Assembly: GCF_018977255.1 (NCBI RefSeq)
Contig: NW_024704749.1
Span: forward strand, 3,038,001 to 3,102,000
DNA from: Callorhinchus milii
Lineage: Eukaryota
Reading direction: 5' to 3'
Length of the DNA stretch: 64,000 nucleotides
Below, one piece after another: positions 10,781-23,530 of the stretch (position 1 is the stretch's first letter; every line of letters begins with the position of its first letter). Made by a program: the position numbers and the translations under genes. The notes below the pieces were generated by a model, which did no database searches, was not told the DNA's origin, and worked only from the letters and a program-made list of their open reading frames with translations.

Positions 10781-13104
10781 AATACGATGTTTGGTATGCT
10801 CGTAACATCGAGGGCAACGCCACAAATGACAAACATAATGCCCATGCCTTTTCTGTATTTAAGCTGTACCAAATACTTTCCACAATAAGGCAAGCGGAGT
10901 GACATGGAGAGAAGAGCCCTGGAATTCCATTCCAGTCACAGGGAGTTTGTGGTGCCATTGTGCCACAAATGCATCGCGGATAGACTGTTACAGTGGCTGT
11001 CGTTTGTTATCGCCCCTCCTCACACAAACAGAGAGGTACATGCAGGTTTCTTTGGGCTTTTTGATACTTATTTCTTGTTCCGCAGAGGGTATTTTACTGG
11101 AGACACTAGTGAAAACAAAATGGTAGATTTGAGTAGATATTGTAAATGAGTGACTGGAAGTGTTGCTTCAAGGCGCATACTGTGAAATAGAGAATGGCTA
11201 ACTGGTTATTTCTTATGTCATATATTAAGTGAATCAGTTCAATATCTTCACACAAGAATCCGACAGTGCTCCGATATCATTCCCCATCAGCCTTCTACAT
11301 TATGTGCTGTTTCTTTTAAACACAATTTTGTTTTGTGTGGAAAGGTTTGCAATTTGGAATATTGTTCAATTTCCAATCAACTGTTAGATAATATTGTATA
11401 CCATTGCTCTCATCTTATCCTGGAAAAGAACATTACACTAAATATGTTTGTAATGGTGGTTAGCTTCCCCATGTTTAAGCAAATCTCAATTAATTGCAGC
11501 GCCTCTGCATCATTTGGCTCTACAATACTGGAGCTTTTCTGCTAAAACATTAACGGTTGTGAATCTATACTTGCATCCAGCAAATAGATGTGCGATGGTA
11601 TCAAACCACAAACACTCCATTCCGATCTTCTGGACCTGGTACCTGCAGCTATAATGTGATGTGTTATGGATCGATAAATGTAAAAGCAGATTTATGTTCC
11701 TCTACCTGCTGAAGGAAGAAAAGCACTCAAGTGATGGTTTCCAGCAGGGTTCCCACTCGCTTGTGTTGAATTCTGCGCATGCGCCGATCCAATGCACGTT
11801 TGTGACAAATAATAATAATAAATAATAATAATCCTTGCATTTGATATAGCGCTTTTCACGTCTTCTCGACATCTCAAAGCGTTTCACAAAATATGCTGTA
11901 AAGTGAATTCACCATATATTTGTGGGCGAAACAACAATGGCTTCTACATGCATAGAAAACCAGGACAGCCTTCATTTCAAAAAATACTCCTGCTGTACAT
12001 GTACTGTGTTACATATGAAATATATTGATAATAATACTTTTGAGAAACACTTTTCATATCAGGAGGACGTTTCATGATGCTTCACTGGATATACTGGGTA
12101 TAATTTGTAGGCAAATATGGCAACCAATTTGTGCATGGTATTGTCTCACAAACAGGCTTGACGTGAATTACTCTTATATATTGGGGAATTGTTGGACATG
12201 ACACCAGACGTGTTCTTCTTCGTTTGCATTGTGACATGTGATCCTAAACGTCCACATGAACAAGAAAATGTGATTTTGTTCAAAGTCTCATCCAACGAAT
12301 GGCACCTCGAACAATGCAGGACATCCCCATCATTACATTGTAGAGGGAGATTTACTCCAGAAGTATGCGATTTGGCCCATCCTATATGTACCCTCATTTT
12401 GAAGGGCAGTTGATTTACAAATAATCATGCGTTCCAGCTCTTGCTCAAAATTCCTCAATGTTTTTACTTCTGTTTTCATTGGTTGAGAGGTAACTTTCTC
12501 CAGTTAAAAGTTGAAACGGTGGTGGTGAAAGGGTAGTGGTGCATTACCTGTTTGCCCCACCATCAACAAGTGGGCCTTCAGCCATTTTGCCCCAAACCTC
12601 TAGAACTTCATTCAGGAATCTCTTCCCTTTTCCTTGCCTTCTATCCTTGAAGGCCAAACTCAACTCCTTTATCTTCGGCCATGCCTTGGTCATTCTCCCA
12701 CCCCAACCCACGTAATTCCGGTTGCAGCTCGGGTGCAAATGCTTGGTTGTTCAGCACATTGCTATGCCATCCCAACTTGAAACACACCACATAATTGCAT
12801 TTTTTTCCTGCAGTTGTCAGTCATTAAGTGACTTTTATTATGGTGGAGCGCCTGCCATTATGATTAGCCTAATTTTGACAGTCTAAAATATACTGTCTTG
12901 GAGCTATCTCATCACAAAGGAATCCCCACTAACCTCATTCCTCCCGCACCCCTCTGCCCGCTGGAAGGATTTACATGAGTTGGAGATTCAAGCGCAGTTT
13001 TCAAAAATCATTGGATGAAAGCTGAGCCTCTGTATTATGATGTGAAACGCTGGAGAGTATCACTACCATTCTCCTGACCAAAGTGTGGGCACACAGCCAT
13101 GTTA

Positions 13105-14260
13105 CAACAACAACACAAAATTACATTTATAGAGCGCCTTTCACGTTGGGAAGACGGCCCAAAGCGCTGAACAGTCAGGCGTCGGGGCCTGAGCATGGGG
13201 GAGGGGTGGCATAGGGGTGAGGGAAGGCAGAGAGGTGGGAGGGAGACCAAAGGCATGGTCAAACAAAAGGGTCTTGAGACCGGCCTTGAAAGAGGCAAGG
13301 GAGGAAGCGAGGTGAAGGAACCATGGGATGGAGTTGCAGAGTGTGGGTGCAGAGAGGCTGAAAGCCCATCCTCCAATGGTAGGGTCCAGTCAGTTGAGAG
13401 ACATGGAGCAGGCCGAATCCTCCTGAACATAGGGAGTGGGCAGATTGATAGGGACTCAGCAGGTCAGAGAGGTAGGAGGGGGTAAGGCCATGGATGGTCT
13501 TGAAGGTGAGGGCGAGGATCTTCACTCAATCCTCCAGGGAATGGGGAGCCAGTGGAGCCGGACGAGGGTGGGAGTGATGGGTTACGGAACCTGTGCGTGA
13601 GAGTGTACGAGCTGAAGAGTTTTGGATGATTGGCCTCTTGAAGGGTTAGAAAGGCCGATGAGTTCCTGGGAGTTCCCGTAATCGAGCCTTGATGTGACGA
13701 ATACGTGGGTGAGGGTTTCGGCAGCTTGAGGGGTGAGGCAGTGGCACAGTCTGGCAATGTTGCAGTGGTGGTGTAGGCAGTGCTGATCGTGGATGTGGGG
13801 AAGAAAGGACAGTTCAGGGTCAAGCAAGATACCCAGGTTCCTGACTGGCTTAGTAAGGTTGAATGTGCAGCCATGGAGACTGATGCTGCCAGCGCCTGAG
13901 GTACGGAGGCATGGGTGCGAGCCAATCAGGAGGGCCTCAGTCTTGCTTATATTGAGATGGAGAAAGTTGGCCCTCATCCATGACTTGATGTCAGACAGGC
14001 ACAAGACAGTGCGGGGGCTGGAGGAGAAGCCATTTGCCACAATGAATTGGAGGTTTTGTGAAACGTAGGACCTGAACCAGTCAAGGACGGAACCTTGAAG
14101 GTTGAGGTGGGAGGGTAGTCGGTGGAGGAGGATTGAGTGGTCCATGGTGTCAAAGGCGGCAGAGAGGTCGAGGAGGACAAGGAGCCAAAGGGAGCCCTGG
14201 TCACACACGGTCAGGATGTTGTTTGTGAACTTGACCGTAGCAGTTTCCATGCAGTGGAAA
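13105..14260 (-). mobile_element. 5'-truncated L2 LINE insertion with 6-bp TSD (ATGTTA at 13099-13104 and 14261-14266)
   Basis: RT motifs [13 protein letters not shown] and VRNLGILLDPELSFLPH in ORF 13582..14319; the empty site is visible at about 27090-27110. Confidence 0.88.
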
Positions 14261-14469
14261 ATGTTAACACTCATAATGGAGAATACACAACCTGGTAAAA
14301 TTAAACTTCTGATGTGCATATGTCCTCCGGTGGTACCAAACAGGATATTCTACAGTAAATACTTCAGACAATATATATCGAATTGAACAACTGTCAGGAT
14401 TTCTATTGAAAATTCTAGGGCTATCATTGTTGAGAGTAGTGGTGCATTGTCAGAGGTTTCATTTTTTGA

Positions 14470-14792
14470 ATAATAAATAATAAATAATAATCCTTCCATT
14501 TGATATAGCATTTTATGTTTTCTGGACGTCTCAAAGCGCCTCACAGAATAGAATGTAAAATGAATTGAATGTATATTTGTGGGCGAAATGCGGCAGCCAA
14601 TTGCACGCAGCAGTGTCACACAAACAGTTATGGATTGAAATGACCAATTTATTATTGTTTATTTTTCTTGAGGAACTATTATCAGGTGTGTGAAGAAAGA
14701 AAACTTGCCCAAGGTTTCACCCTGCCAGGAATCAAACCGAGGTCTCTCGCTTATAAAGCGAGTGCTCTAACCCCTGAGCTATAGGACTCCAC
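14470..14792 (-). mobile_element. Older SINE copy shared between spacers; further copies at about 20480-20820, 27305-27618, 33615-33920, 34310-34612, 46000-46300, 46690-47012, 51890-52180, 58370-58680, 63005-63327 and 63474-63757
   Basis: Same tRNA head, body and tail as the 10456 copy, but more diverged. Confidence 0.8.
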
Positions 14793-17414
14793 AATACGAT
14801 GCTAAACTAAGTTGTTATTTCTTCGGGTAGACATAAACGTTTCTGTCAAATTAATTGAAAAGCAAAAGAACTTAGTTATACATAAGTGAAATTAATGTTT
14901 CAGTTATTGATTCAAAAACAACAATAACTTCCAAATATATAGTGCCCTCCACGCAGGTAGCGTCTCAGGAAGCTTGATTTCTTGTGCTACGTGTAGTGAT
15001 TGTTTCACATTTTGCTTCTGTGAGAGTGAGCAAACTGTTTTATTAATTGTGAGGCAGCGCCCTCTACGGATCGAGTGTTTCAGTTGAACATGATTCTCTT
15101 GCTCCTCACCCTGTTCTGGTCTGTCACAATGTACGATTACTTGGGTAGAAATACAAAATTGCTCAAAAAATACTCTATAAAACTATCATATGAAAATTGT
15201 CAACCTAAAATTGCCACCCTGTTTAATTCATGTTTAACTTTGAGAACCGTTTTCTGTTGTTCAATAGAACCAGGTGGAATTTCTACTGAAATATAAACAA
15301 AGAACAGGGAAGTTGATTTCTTTATTTCTCTTATGAACAGGAAGAGGGACAATGCTCGGTGCTTTATACTGCTGATGTCTTTACAATGATGATAATTCCA
15401 AAAGGAAAAAATGATAAATACTTGAACGTATATAGTTACATTGTTATTGTGATGTCCCAAATATCCTTATCTAAAGACAACACTTTATACCGTATCGAAA
15501 TTTATTCTCAGGTATTGGGTGCAACTAAAATCAAATATAAAGGTTCCTGAAAGATGGCCAAAATAACCTGTTGAATTCCTTTGCCCCATGAAAGAACAAA
15601 CAACAATTTGCAGTTTTGACTCACAAATTAGCGCATGATTCAGAATGCATAAACGTAGATGTCGGACCTGGTTGGTCCTGATAACTATTCATAACCAGTA
15701 ATATATGCAAGTTTGCAGATTAAGAGAGTAGTGAACTATACCCTGTGAATGTAAAAAACACTCCACTTACTGCCACTTGTGTTGAGTGATGCAACAATCA
15801 TGGGTTGTATTGGTTCCTTCAATTGTACTATTCAGTTCTAACGAATCAATTCTCCCGATGCAAACATAAATACCGATTATTACATTATCCACAGCTAAGG
15901 GTCAATTTCATCTGAGATTGATAAGATTACGATTTTAGAAATGTATTGAAAAAATGTTGTAAACTACTATAACACTACATTACCGGCTCCTCCTGTGATA
16001 TTGCAGATATGTTATACGTCTAGTTATCCTCTTATCATAGATCCAATTAAATAATCCGATATTTTGTACTTATTTAAGTATTGATCTACAACGATGCAAA
16101 ATATAATTTGATTTGAAGGTTGCAATAAGGGGAAAGAATTAACAGGAATAATGCAAACTTGAGCTGTTGAAATAAACTGCAGGTGTTAAACAGTCATCGA
16201 AATGCTGCAAAGGGGAAGTTGGTTTCTCAACAGCAGGATTGGGGCACGCTGGTACCCACAAGATGGAGGGGGGAGGGGGGTTGGGGGGTGGGAAGTGGGG
16301 CCGGGGGAGGAGTAAATCTTCCATGAGCTTTTGGGGGAGGGTACATTTTCTCGTTTCATTTGCATCTGATTGGCTGATGGACAGCAGCTTTTAAATATGT
16401 TGTCACTCCTTTTGACAAAATAAAAGCTTAGCGTGAAGATTGTATTAAGTAAATGGTTACGTATAAACGTTGATTTAGTTCTATACACAATGGTGGCCTG
16501 CAGAGGAGGGGGCAAAATTAGCTCAGTGAATGAGCTTCTAAATCCTGGATGAATTTTCGCCAATTTTGGTGCAGAACATTTCATATGCGATTCGCCTATA
16601 AGAACGATCATGACTTCATCTTTAACGTTGTGCAATATTTTAAATTCACTTTAATTTTAATTCATTTTCAGTTCAATTTCAAAGTTGTTTCTTTTTAAGA
16701 ACCTCATGAAACGGCTCCAAGATAACGACCGAAATTAATATATTTCCCAAATTCTGCGCAACACATTTTACATTTTACGACGCAATAGTTTGGGGGCTAC
16801 AATTAACTAAACCCAATTATAGCCGCTGACGCCTCTGTGCCACACTCCTCAGAAGAAGTCTGAGGCAGGACAGCAAGATGCTGAATGTGCTATTCGTGCT
16901 CCCTCATGAGTGTATAATTTCCTGGAGGAATATTGCTTCCCGTGTGACGGCATTCTGTGGTTTTTCCAGTTTATTACATTTTCAATGTTTATCTAAATGT
17001 CCATATAATAATAAACAATAAAACTAGTGGTTTGCGAAAAAAATGAATGAAATCAAGAAATAAATGGAAGAAAAACAGCCGCGGCACAGAGGACAATGCA
17101 AGAGTCATTTTATTAATCTGTGATATATCTTATTTCTGTAATTTTACACAATGGGTTTGATCATTGCAGCGTGAACACATCGTAGGATACAACCATTCAA
17201 GTCCAGCAAACTGACAAATATTGATCTTGCCGGATTTATTGCAATACTTGAAACATTTAAGTCTTTGGTTGGGAAATTTACCAAAAGTGTTTACAAAGCG
17301 AATTTGTTTCTCAATTTCGACATGTCTCGTAAAATTAACTTAAATTCCAAAATACTACAATCACAAGTATTATTATTAAAGGTAGATATTCGATTAGTGC
17401 TCCACATTCCTGAT

Positions 17415-17737
17415 TTAGGTACAACTGGATCTGGCGATGCTTTTTTCGAGCGGAATCGTCAGACTCTCGTGTTTGACCACACAGGAATACAGGTCGTGTG
17501 ACTCCCACTCGGAGGTTGGCAGAGTCAGATAACTGCTCACACTGTACGTGTTGTCCGCCTGCTGTTTGATCGCACTCGTTTCAACACCTTCACTTCTGGT
17601 ACCGCCATCCACAGTCCACTCGACCTCCACAGCTCCCGGGATAAAATCATTCACCAGACACACCAGGGTCGCCTTGCTCTTTGCTGTGATTTGATCTGGT
17701 GAAGGCGGAAGGACAGTCACCGAAGGGCCCTGTGAGT
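17415..17737 (-). CDS. IGLC: Ig lambda-like C exon, cluster 2
   Basis: AG acceptor at 17739-17738; (N)SQGPSVTVLPPS...RSSCT*; 323 nt. Confidence 0.97.
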
Positions 17738-19351
17738 CTGGAAGGAAAAAAAATAGTATTCAGATCATGCCACTACATGATGAATTAAAGTGGTTGAAAT
17801 TACTTTTCTTAACAGTTTAAGATTGCGTCCTGTTCAATCGCACGACACAACTTCAAGTTCGCTAATAAATGCTGCAATACAGTAATTTACATTTGTGTAA
17901 ATGGTAAAACATGTTCTTGTCTATTGGCGGTACTGTTCAATTGTAACAAAGTCTATCTATATCAAGGGAACATTCAGTGTTGGGGTCACGGCTGATAGAC
18001 AAATGCCTGGGGGCTGCTCATCATACACCGCTCATTACTATGCATACTATTATTAGTTGGCTGATGAGCGTTTAAATGGGGACAACACGTTCAAATATTC
18101 CGGTATTGTTAATTGTATCCATTGTTTCCCTTCACAGAGGAGAGAATGTGCAGCAAATAGACATAAATATCTATGTTTGAAACTGAACAGCGCTTTCCGA
18201 TTAACTCTGTGTAAATGTAAATCGCATTATTCGGCTTTAAATCCAATTTTGCGCAAACTAAATTTCCTTGAGAAGGCAGATGCTAATCTTTGAGAGATGT
18301 TTGGGACTTGAAAAATCGCCATTCACGAAGGTAGGTAGTTTGTTATTGATACATCAAAATGTGATTATTTATCAATACAATCCGAATATTAGTGATTCCG
18401 AAGATCAAACTGAATCTTTTTGGAGTATATATATACATGCCGATAAAAATAACAGCCCAAATGCTTTCACCCCAACTATAAATAAGCAGTTCCATCATTG
18501 ATGTTTGTTTACAGACACCGGCAGCAGATAGTAACAACGTGAACATCTCTTTTCACCAAACACTGTACACAGAAAATTAATTCAGGAGCACAATCAGATT
18601 CCAATATTTCAATCGCTGCGGAGAATAACTTCACAAGTCTTCAATAATTGATTTGACACTGTATTTACGGAATGTAGTTCCTAATTAATGGCATCATACA
18701 ATTAAAGTTAATACATAGGTCGGGCACTCCTTAACCTCACAACTAATAATAAACAACAACGTTAATTTCCAATGGAGAAAATATATTTTGTGTGTTGAGC
18801 GGATTGAGCCGTCTCTCGGGCTGTGTCTTCTCTCACAGTTGATCATATCTGAACAACTACAGCAACTTGTAGTTGAACATACGACATTACTGAGCATTTG
18901 CTGTTAATTGCAGTTGTGCTCCCCTTGGTGACATGAAACACGGAATTGGGAGAAAATAAAACATTTTAAGAAATCCGGAAAGAAATCTACAGAAAATTGT
19001 TAATAGAAGCGTTTGTTAACGGGAGGAGTAATATTTCCACGTCATGCTATTCCTCTGAGACTTTTTACCTTTGCTAGTTTTCTGCACTATCCGTCCTAAT
19101 CCTTAACAGATTCTCAGTTAAAATCAGGATTCGCATGTTTGATTCTTCAAAATATCCGATTTCCAAATAAAACGTTTGTCATTGCGAAGATTATAGCCAC
19201 ATGCAAATATTACCAGAACAGAGTGAAACAGAATCCAACACAGATAAACATACATTTGTACTGTGGAATCTTTGAAGGAGAACCAGATCAAAATAATTAT
19301 CGAAAAGTCGAAAAACCACATGCAAAGTGTGCAATGTCAAAGATCACTTAC

Positions 19352-19693
19352 TTTTCAAACTCAGCTTCGTCCCTTTACCGAACTGGTACACCCCACTGAC
19401 ACCGGCAAAACAGTAATAATCGGCGGCGTCCTCCGGTTGCACACCGCTGATGGTTAAATGCATGGCGTTGCTCGATGAGTCCACAGAACCAGTGAATCGA
19501 TCAGGAATACCCGGACCTCTGGTGGAGCCCTCATACCAAACAAACAGAGGGGCGCCGTCAGGCTTCTGCTGGTACCAACTCGTGTAATAGCTGCCGATGC
19601 TGCCTCCGGACATGGTACAGGTGATCTTGACGGTGTTTCCCGGGGAGGATGAGATGGACGAAGGCTGAGTCAGGGTAACAGCTCCGGTTGTGC
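19352..19693 (-). CDS. IGLV: Germline-joined VJ exon, cluster 2 (CDR3 FAGVSGVYQ)
   Basis: Open V frame running directly into [10 protein letters not shown]; donor GTAAGT at 19351. Confidence 0.97.
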
Positions 19694-19783
19694 CTGGAGA
19701 GATAACAAGTCACATATAGGTCACATTGTTGAACTGTACAAAGTGAATTTAGTTCAAATCAGTGCGGATTCCGCAGCGCTTAC

Positions 19784-19832
19784 CATGTAGACACAGGAGC
19801 AAAGCGGCTAGAAATCGGAGCCAATTGCCCAT
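19784..19832 (-). CDS. IGLV: Leader exon, cluster 2 (MGNWLRFLAALLLCLH)
   Basis: ATG at 19832, GT donor, 90-nt intron. Confidence 0.93.
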
Positions 19833-19924
19833 TGTGAACAGTTTGATGAAGATCAGAGAGATGAGGAATTTTCCAGACAAAATCCACTTTTCTGCTTCGT
19901 TCTAAACTTCTCCTTAAGAACCAT

Positions 19925-19967
19925 CAGGTGATGTAAGTCCAATTAAATTCTTAAAGTATGCAAATCA
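19925..19967 (-). promoter_or_regulatory. VL promoter, cluster 2 (octamer 19958-19965, E-box 19925-19930)
   Basis: Same motifs and 126-nt spacing as cluster 1. Confidence 0.88.
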
Positions 19968-22341
19968 CTATCCAGGTTGCATCGTCCAATAGGAGTCCTT
20001 ATTCTGAACAGCATATTGAAGATCATGCAGATTTGAGTCATTTTACTGCCCATTTTCGAAAAGATATTTCATGGTAATATTGCATAACATTTCACCCTGA
20101 AGAATTTGATTGAATGAAGCTCATTTCCATTTCCAATATGAAATAGAGATTTTTTAAAAATAGCATAAACTTCATAAAGTTCACAGAGAATTACCTTGTT
20201 GAGCAGCTTGTATCATGTTCGATAATTTGTTGGTGCGAACGTTTCATCCTTCCATTCAGGTACAGTTTATACACTGACATGCCCCACGCCTGACTTGAAA
20301 GTCACAGAAAGTCACACTTTACAGCCAGTGCGAGCATTACTCAAACTACATGTACGGATTATAGATTTTTGAAAATATAAATGGTGCTTGTCTCCCTTAA
20401 GTAGAATAAGAGATTGATTCACAATCCTTTGATGCTAGAAGAAAGCTTCTATCATGAAACGTTATCAACGCTCTGTTGATAAATAATAATAATAATAACA
20501 GTAATAATGATAATAATAATCCTGACATTTAATATAACCACTTATTACGTCTTCTAGACATCTCAAAGCCCTTCACAGAATGTATTGTAAAGTGAATTGA
20601 CTGTATATTTGCGGGCAAAGTGCGGCATCCAATGCTGCACAGCAGAGTCTCACAAACAGACGTGGATTGAAGTAACCAATTTATTATTGTTTTTTCTTGA
20701 GGGATTATTATTAGGCTCGGTGTGGAGTAAGGATACTTGCCCAAGGTTTCGCCCTGCCGGGATTCTAACCCAGGTCTCTCACTTGCAAAGCGAGTGCTCT
20801 AAAGACTGAGCTGCAGGAGGACAGCCCGCATTTAGAGATCGGTGTTTATGATATAAAATTGTCATACAGCGTTTCTCCTGTTAGTAACATCGAAGGGCAA
20901 CGCCACAGATGACACATGTGGTGCTCAAAACTTGGCTGTAGCCCATCTATACCAAATACTACCCAGAATCAGGAAACTGGTGTGACAAGGAGAGAGAGGC
21001 CATGGATTTCCATCCCAGTCACAGGGAAATTGCCGCGCTAACATGGCACGAATGTATCTCCGATAGAATGTTACAGCGGATGTCGTTTGTTACGCATTTG
21101 TGTACAGCAGTGTCCCACAAACAGTCGTGGTTTGAAGTGACTAATTTATCATTGTTTTATTTTCTTGAGGGATTATTATCAGGCGTGTGGAGTAAGGAAA
21201 CTTGTCCCACACTGCTGGGAATCGAACCCAGGTGTCTCACTTGCAAAGCGAATACTCTAACCACTGAGCTACAGGACTCCACTTATTTCTTTTCGGCCAA
21301 GGAGATGTTCCTAGAGACACTCGTGGAAGGAAAAAGATAGTTTTGATTAGATACTATAAACGAGTGACTGGAAGTGTTGCTTTATGGAACATATTGTGAA
21401 TTAGACAATGCTAAACAGTTAGCGATTTTTCAGGTCAAATATTAAGTGAATCAGTTCGATATCGTCACATAGGAATCCGGTCAGTGCTCTGATCTCATTC
21501 CCCACTTGCTTTTATGTTATATTTTGTTTCTTTTCACCAAAATACTAGGAAGAGGCTATATTGTATGAAAAGGTTTGCACTTTGACATATTGTTAATTTA
21601 CCAATTAAATGTTAGGAAACATCGCATATCATTTTTCTCATCTTATCTTCGAAAAGAACCTCATACTAAATATGTTTGTAATGAAGGTAAGTTTCCCTAT
21701 GTTTAAATAAACCACAATGAATTGAAGCGTCCCTGCATCATTTTGCTCTATATTAATGGTGCTTTTCTGATAAAACATTAATAACTGTAAATCTATATTT
21801 CCTTCCAGGGAACAGAGATGCGATGGCATCAAAACACAAACACTCAATTCCGATCTTCTGCACCTGTTGCTTGCGGCTATAATGTGATGTGCAAGGGAAC
21901 GAGAAGTGAGAAAGCAGATTTGCGTTCATCTACCCGCTGAAGGAAGAAAAGTGCTGTTTCCACCAGCGTTCCCACTCGCTTGTGTTGAATTCTGGCATAC
22001 GTAAACGTTAAATGGCCTGTACATGCGTAGAAACGCACAACAGCCTTCATTTTTTAAAAAAAAAGTACTCCTGCAGTTCATGTTCTGTGTTAGAAATGAA
22101 ATATATCGATTATAATACTTTTGATATACACTTCTCATATCAGGAGGACGATTCATGATGCTTCACTGGATATACTATTTTATAGGCAAATGTGGCAGTC
22201 AATTTGTACATGGTCATGTCTCCCAAACAGCCTTAAAGTGAATGATAATTACAGTTAGGGAACCGTTGGTCATGACACCAGACTTTTTCTTCTTTACTTG
22301 CATTGTGACATGTGATCCTTAACTTCCACATGTATAGAAAA

Positions 22342-22495
22342 ATAACATAACAAAACATGTAGGAGTAGGAGTAGACCATTCGGCCCTTCGAGCCTGCCCC
22401 ACCATTCAATCATGGCTGATCTTCTAATCTAACTCCTTATCCCCAAATCACTTAATCCCTTTTGCAATAAGAAATCTATCTATCAAAGTCTTGAT
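22342..22495 (-). mobile_element. Short CR1 3'-end insertion with (ATGTT)-like tail
   Basis: Reverse complement of the same tail as 2990-3055; absent at the paralogous site AGAAAATGTGATTTTG (about 12270, 48080, 60060). Confidence 0.8.
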
Positions 22496-22849
22496 TATGT
22501 GATTTTGTTTAAAGTCTCATCCAATGAATGGCACCTCCAACAATGCAGGACATCCGTATCATCACATTGCAGCAGGTGATTTACTCAGATCTTCAGTTTT
22601 GTAATCATTTTTACATTATAGACATTATAATGTTTTTAAATTATACTTTATGTTAACCAAAATACTGGGTTTATCATCCAGGATGCATTGTGTGGAAAAG
22701 TATACACTTTGGAATATTGATAAACTTTCAATCAACTGTTAGAAAATGTTGGATACCATTGTTCCCTTCTTACCTTGGAAAAAGTCCTCAAATTAAATAT
22801 TTTTTTAATATACCTTTTATATATTTACTATCTCTGCCTCTACCCTCAA

Positions 22850-23530
22850 CTCCAGGACTACTGGCATCCTAACCGACTGCCTGTTTGACATAAAGTCTGG
22901 ACGATGGACAACTTTCTCCAATTCAACGTCAGCAAGACCGAAGTCTTGGCTCATGCCAGCACCTCTGCACCTCGGGCACTGGCAGCATCAATATCCACGG
23001 CTGCACATTCAACCTCTCAAAACCAGTCAGGAACCTGGGTGTCTTGTTTCACCCTGAACTGTCCTTCCTTCCCCACATCCGCGCCATGACCGGCACTGCC
23101 TACCACCACCTCTGCAACATTGCCAGACTCCGTCACTGCCTCACCCCTCAGGCTGCCGAAACCCTTATCCATGCATTCATCACATCAAGGCTCGATTACA
23201 GAAACTCCCTCCTCATTGGCCTTCCCAACTCTTCCCTTCACAAGCTGCAGATAATTCAAATCTCTGAGCTCGTGGATTCGCAAGCACCAGGCTCCGTTAC
23301 CCCATCACTACCACCCTCACCTGATTCAACCGGCTCCCCATCCCTCAGCGGATCGAATTCAAGATTCTCATCTTCACTTTCAAGGCCTTGCCCCGTCTTA
23401 GCTGACCTCCAGACTCCCTACCAACCTGCCCGCTCCCTCTGTTCAGCAGGCCCCATGTCCCCCGCAAGGTCCACCCTACCACTGGTGACCGGGCTTTCAG
23501 CCTCTGTGCCCCACACTCTGGAAATCCATC
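22850..23530 (+). mobile_element. Old L2 RT C-terminal fragment belonging to the ancestral repeat unit (paralogues about 48270-48900 and 60260-60960)
   Basis: ORF 23044..23715 reads LCNIARLRHCLTPQAAETLIHAFITSRLDYRNSLL; the flanking context is the same in three spacers. Confidence 0.82.

Noticed and set aside
10398-10888. Repeated small ORFs MTVYLW..., MGKFPYST... and MESCSSVV...
   Set aside because: They are chance reading frames of the SINE, not genes.
16186-16635. 149-aa minus-strand ORF and relatives (29116, 53430, 53549)
   Set aside because: Frames are not conserved between paralogues, and the Pro-rich content comes from the G tract.
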